A stretch of 49,528 nucleotides of DNA, taken from positions 28,600,098 through 28,649,625 of the forward strand of contig NC_068998.1 of assembly GCF_001194135.2 (NCBI RefSeq), given 5' to 3'. Shown one piece after another: positions 47,392-49,528 of the stretch; position 1 is the stretch's first letter, and every line of letters begins with the position of its first letter. The translations under genes and the position numbers were made by a program. Origin of the DNA: Octopus bimaculoides. Lineage: Eukaryota. The notes below the pieces were generated by a model, which saw only the letters and a list, made by a program, of their open reading frames with translations, was not told where the DNA came from and did no database searches.

Positions 47392-49292
47392 AAATATAGT
47401 CTTGTGTGTTCCCACTTATTTGTATATTTCATTATTGAGAACAAAGATTATAGAGAGTCCATAGGCTTTCAGATTTCCTTCATGGCTTAGAGTCCTTCCT
47501 CATTTAGTCATATGAACATTTGTTGCAGCTGAATTCCATTCTAATATTATGTGAATTGGTTGTAGATAGCTCAATTGGCTACATTGATGTTTTTGGCATA
47601 GATTTCCAGGTCTTCAACAAATAAGCTATGGAGAAAATTGATTTTGCTTACCATTTTGGACCCAAGCATATATCCACTAATATCTATATATATANNNNNN
47701 NNNNNNNNNNNNNNNNNNNNNNNNNNNNNNNNNNNNNNNNNNNNNNNNNNNNNNNNNNNNNNNNNNNNNNNNNNNNNNNNNNNNNNNNNNNNNNNNNNNN
47801 NNNNNNNNNNNNNNNNNNNNNNNNNNNNNATATATATACTAATGATAAGAGATTAATTGCTAGAACAAGCTGCACCACAAGCAGGCCATATTCCCCTGCA
47901 ATATCCCCCAAGAGAAGTTTAAAAAGATAAACTGGTTAGATATCCTTATAAAATGATGACCTCCTGTACTACTGGCTTATTATAAAGTCTTTAGTCTATT
48001 TTCTTGTTAAATTTCTGTCAATCCTTCCCTGGTAATGATATGTACTTTAGGTGGTGATACACTGAGTTGTTATGTGTTGCACTGAATGTTTTATCATCAA
48101 CTGCCTTATTGAATTGACCATAATACATGAGTAAGTTGTGAAACTATTTCAGAAAACAGATTATTAACTGCATATTCCTTGTATACTTGTTTTCCATGAA
48201 TTTTTCTTTTAAATTTATACAAATTTAATATACATTAAATTCATTTTAGCTTTTGGTCCATAGTTTGCAATTCATTGATGAATTTTTTTTATAGAGTATG
48301 AGCCAGTATGTGTGTGTAGGTATATGTGAACATGTGTGGAACTCACACACACAAGCTATACTCATCACACTTTCTTCTAATTCTTGGCCTTACTCTCTCT
48401 GAGGATCTTATATGACATTTACACTTAAGAAACGTGGCACCACAAAGACTGTATTTCTTTTATAAGGTTCACAAAATACTTGAACTCTGATCATTTTTAC
48501 ACAGGAATACTGTTCCACTACTGACACTCACCACTCACATTCAAAAATAAATATTACTGCCTGTTAAACCTTCACTCAGCAATATTCTTTGACCATTTCC
48601 CTCTGTTCTCCCTGTTTCATCTGCTCTTCAACAGTCTCTAACTGAATACCATCTACACAGCTACCCAACTTTTGCACCTACATCTCCTCTACTTCCATTA
48701 TCTATTATGTGTTGTTATTTCTTTTTCCCATCTTGTATCTAATTGTCTTTGGAGTCCCCTTTCTGCCACTCTTTTAATGATCAAATTTTCCAACTGAACA
48801 TTAATTATATCAGCATCATCCATTATTGACTATCATCTCTTTAGGAAGACCTAACAACATGAGTACTGCCCTTCCTTGTTAAAACAAATTTTAGAGATAA
48901 TGCATATGTATACATGCATGTACATGCCTGAATGTATACATGCATACTTGCGTATGCATGCATATGTGTGTGTGTCTGTATGTATAGATGTATATGCATG
49001 AATGTATGCATATATGTATGCATATGTGTGTGTGCCTGTATGTGTATGTGTATATGCATGAATGTATACATGTATGCATGCATGTGTGTGTGTCTGTGTG
49101 TATGCCTGAAAATCTGAATGCATGTATGTATTATATAGTCATTGTGTATCATATAGTCATTGTGTTTGTGGGAGTGTTTAAAATAAGTCAATTACAGACC
49201 TTTAAGCTACAGATGATCTCTTGCATTCAACCCATCTCCACATTCAGGTGAAACTGCTTATTATTACAGAACTAAGTACAATATATGTGTTG

Positions 49293-49460
49293 GTGGTGTG
49301 CAGATATGGCTATGTTGTTAAGAAATTTGCTTCCCAACCATGTGGTTTCAGTCTCACAGAGCAACACCTTAGGCAAGTATCTTTTGCTATAGCCACACAT
49401 TGACCAACACCTTGTAGGTGAATTTGGTACAGAGAAACTGGAAAGAAGCCCATCGGATAT
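49293..49460 (+). mobile_element. SINE 5' part
   Basis: tatggctatgttgttaagaaatttgcttcccaaccatgtgg...ccttaggcaagtatct...gaatttggtacagagaaactggaaagaagcccatc. Confidence 0.75.
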
Positions 49461-49528
49461 GTGTGTATGTATATACCATGCATGTACATTTGGGTATGTA
49501 AATATTTATATACGTATATATATATATA

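Noticed and set aside
47113-47490. Poly-Met and poly-Ile ORFs
   Set aside because: Translation of the (GAT)n repeat.
43922-49528. Search for the PDE4 common exon (FDVENG/UCR1)
   Set aside because: Not found by eye; it presumably lies beyond the window or in a gap, so no further PDE4 exon is called.

Overview
AT-rich, repeat-dense metazoan genomic DNA with five N-gaps. The SINE/RTE repertoire and microsatellite load look like an Octopus (cephalopod) assembly, though this is pattern recognition and not a database result. Most of the window is intronic or intergenic. It contains tRNA-derived SINEs, several RTE-clade LINE fragments, a Dong/R4-like fragment, a Penelope-like GIY-YIG fragment, near full-length decayed Tc1 and mariner elements, Tigger and Tc3-like remnants, foldback/MITE elements and a decayed 5.8S rRNA copy. 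Nearly all ORFs in the supplied track are microsatellite or transposon artefacts. One host coding exon is well supported: 43830-43921 (+), MAQPKMPLRTAMLSVPGNESLSARRRHSWI(C), ending in a phase-2 GTAAGT donor. It matches the RRHSWIC first-exon signature of long PDE4 (dunce) isoforms. The window therefore probably lies in the multi-promoter 5' region of a PDE4 locus, and I flag further candidate phase-2 alternative first exons at lower confidence. No prokaryotic-type systems (CRISPR, operons) are present.
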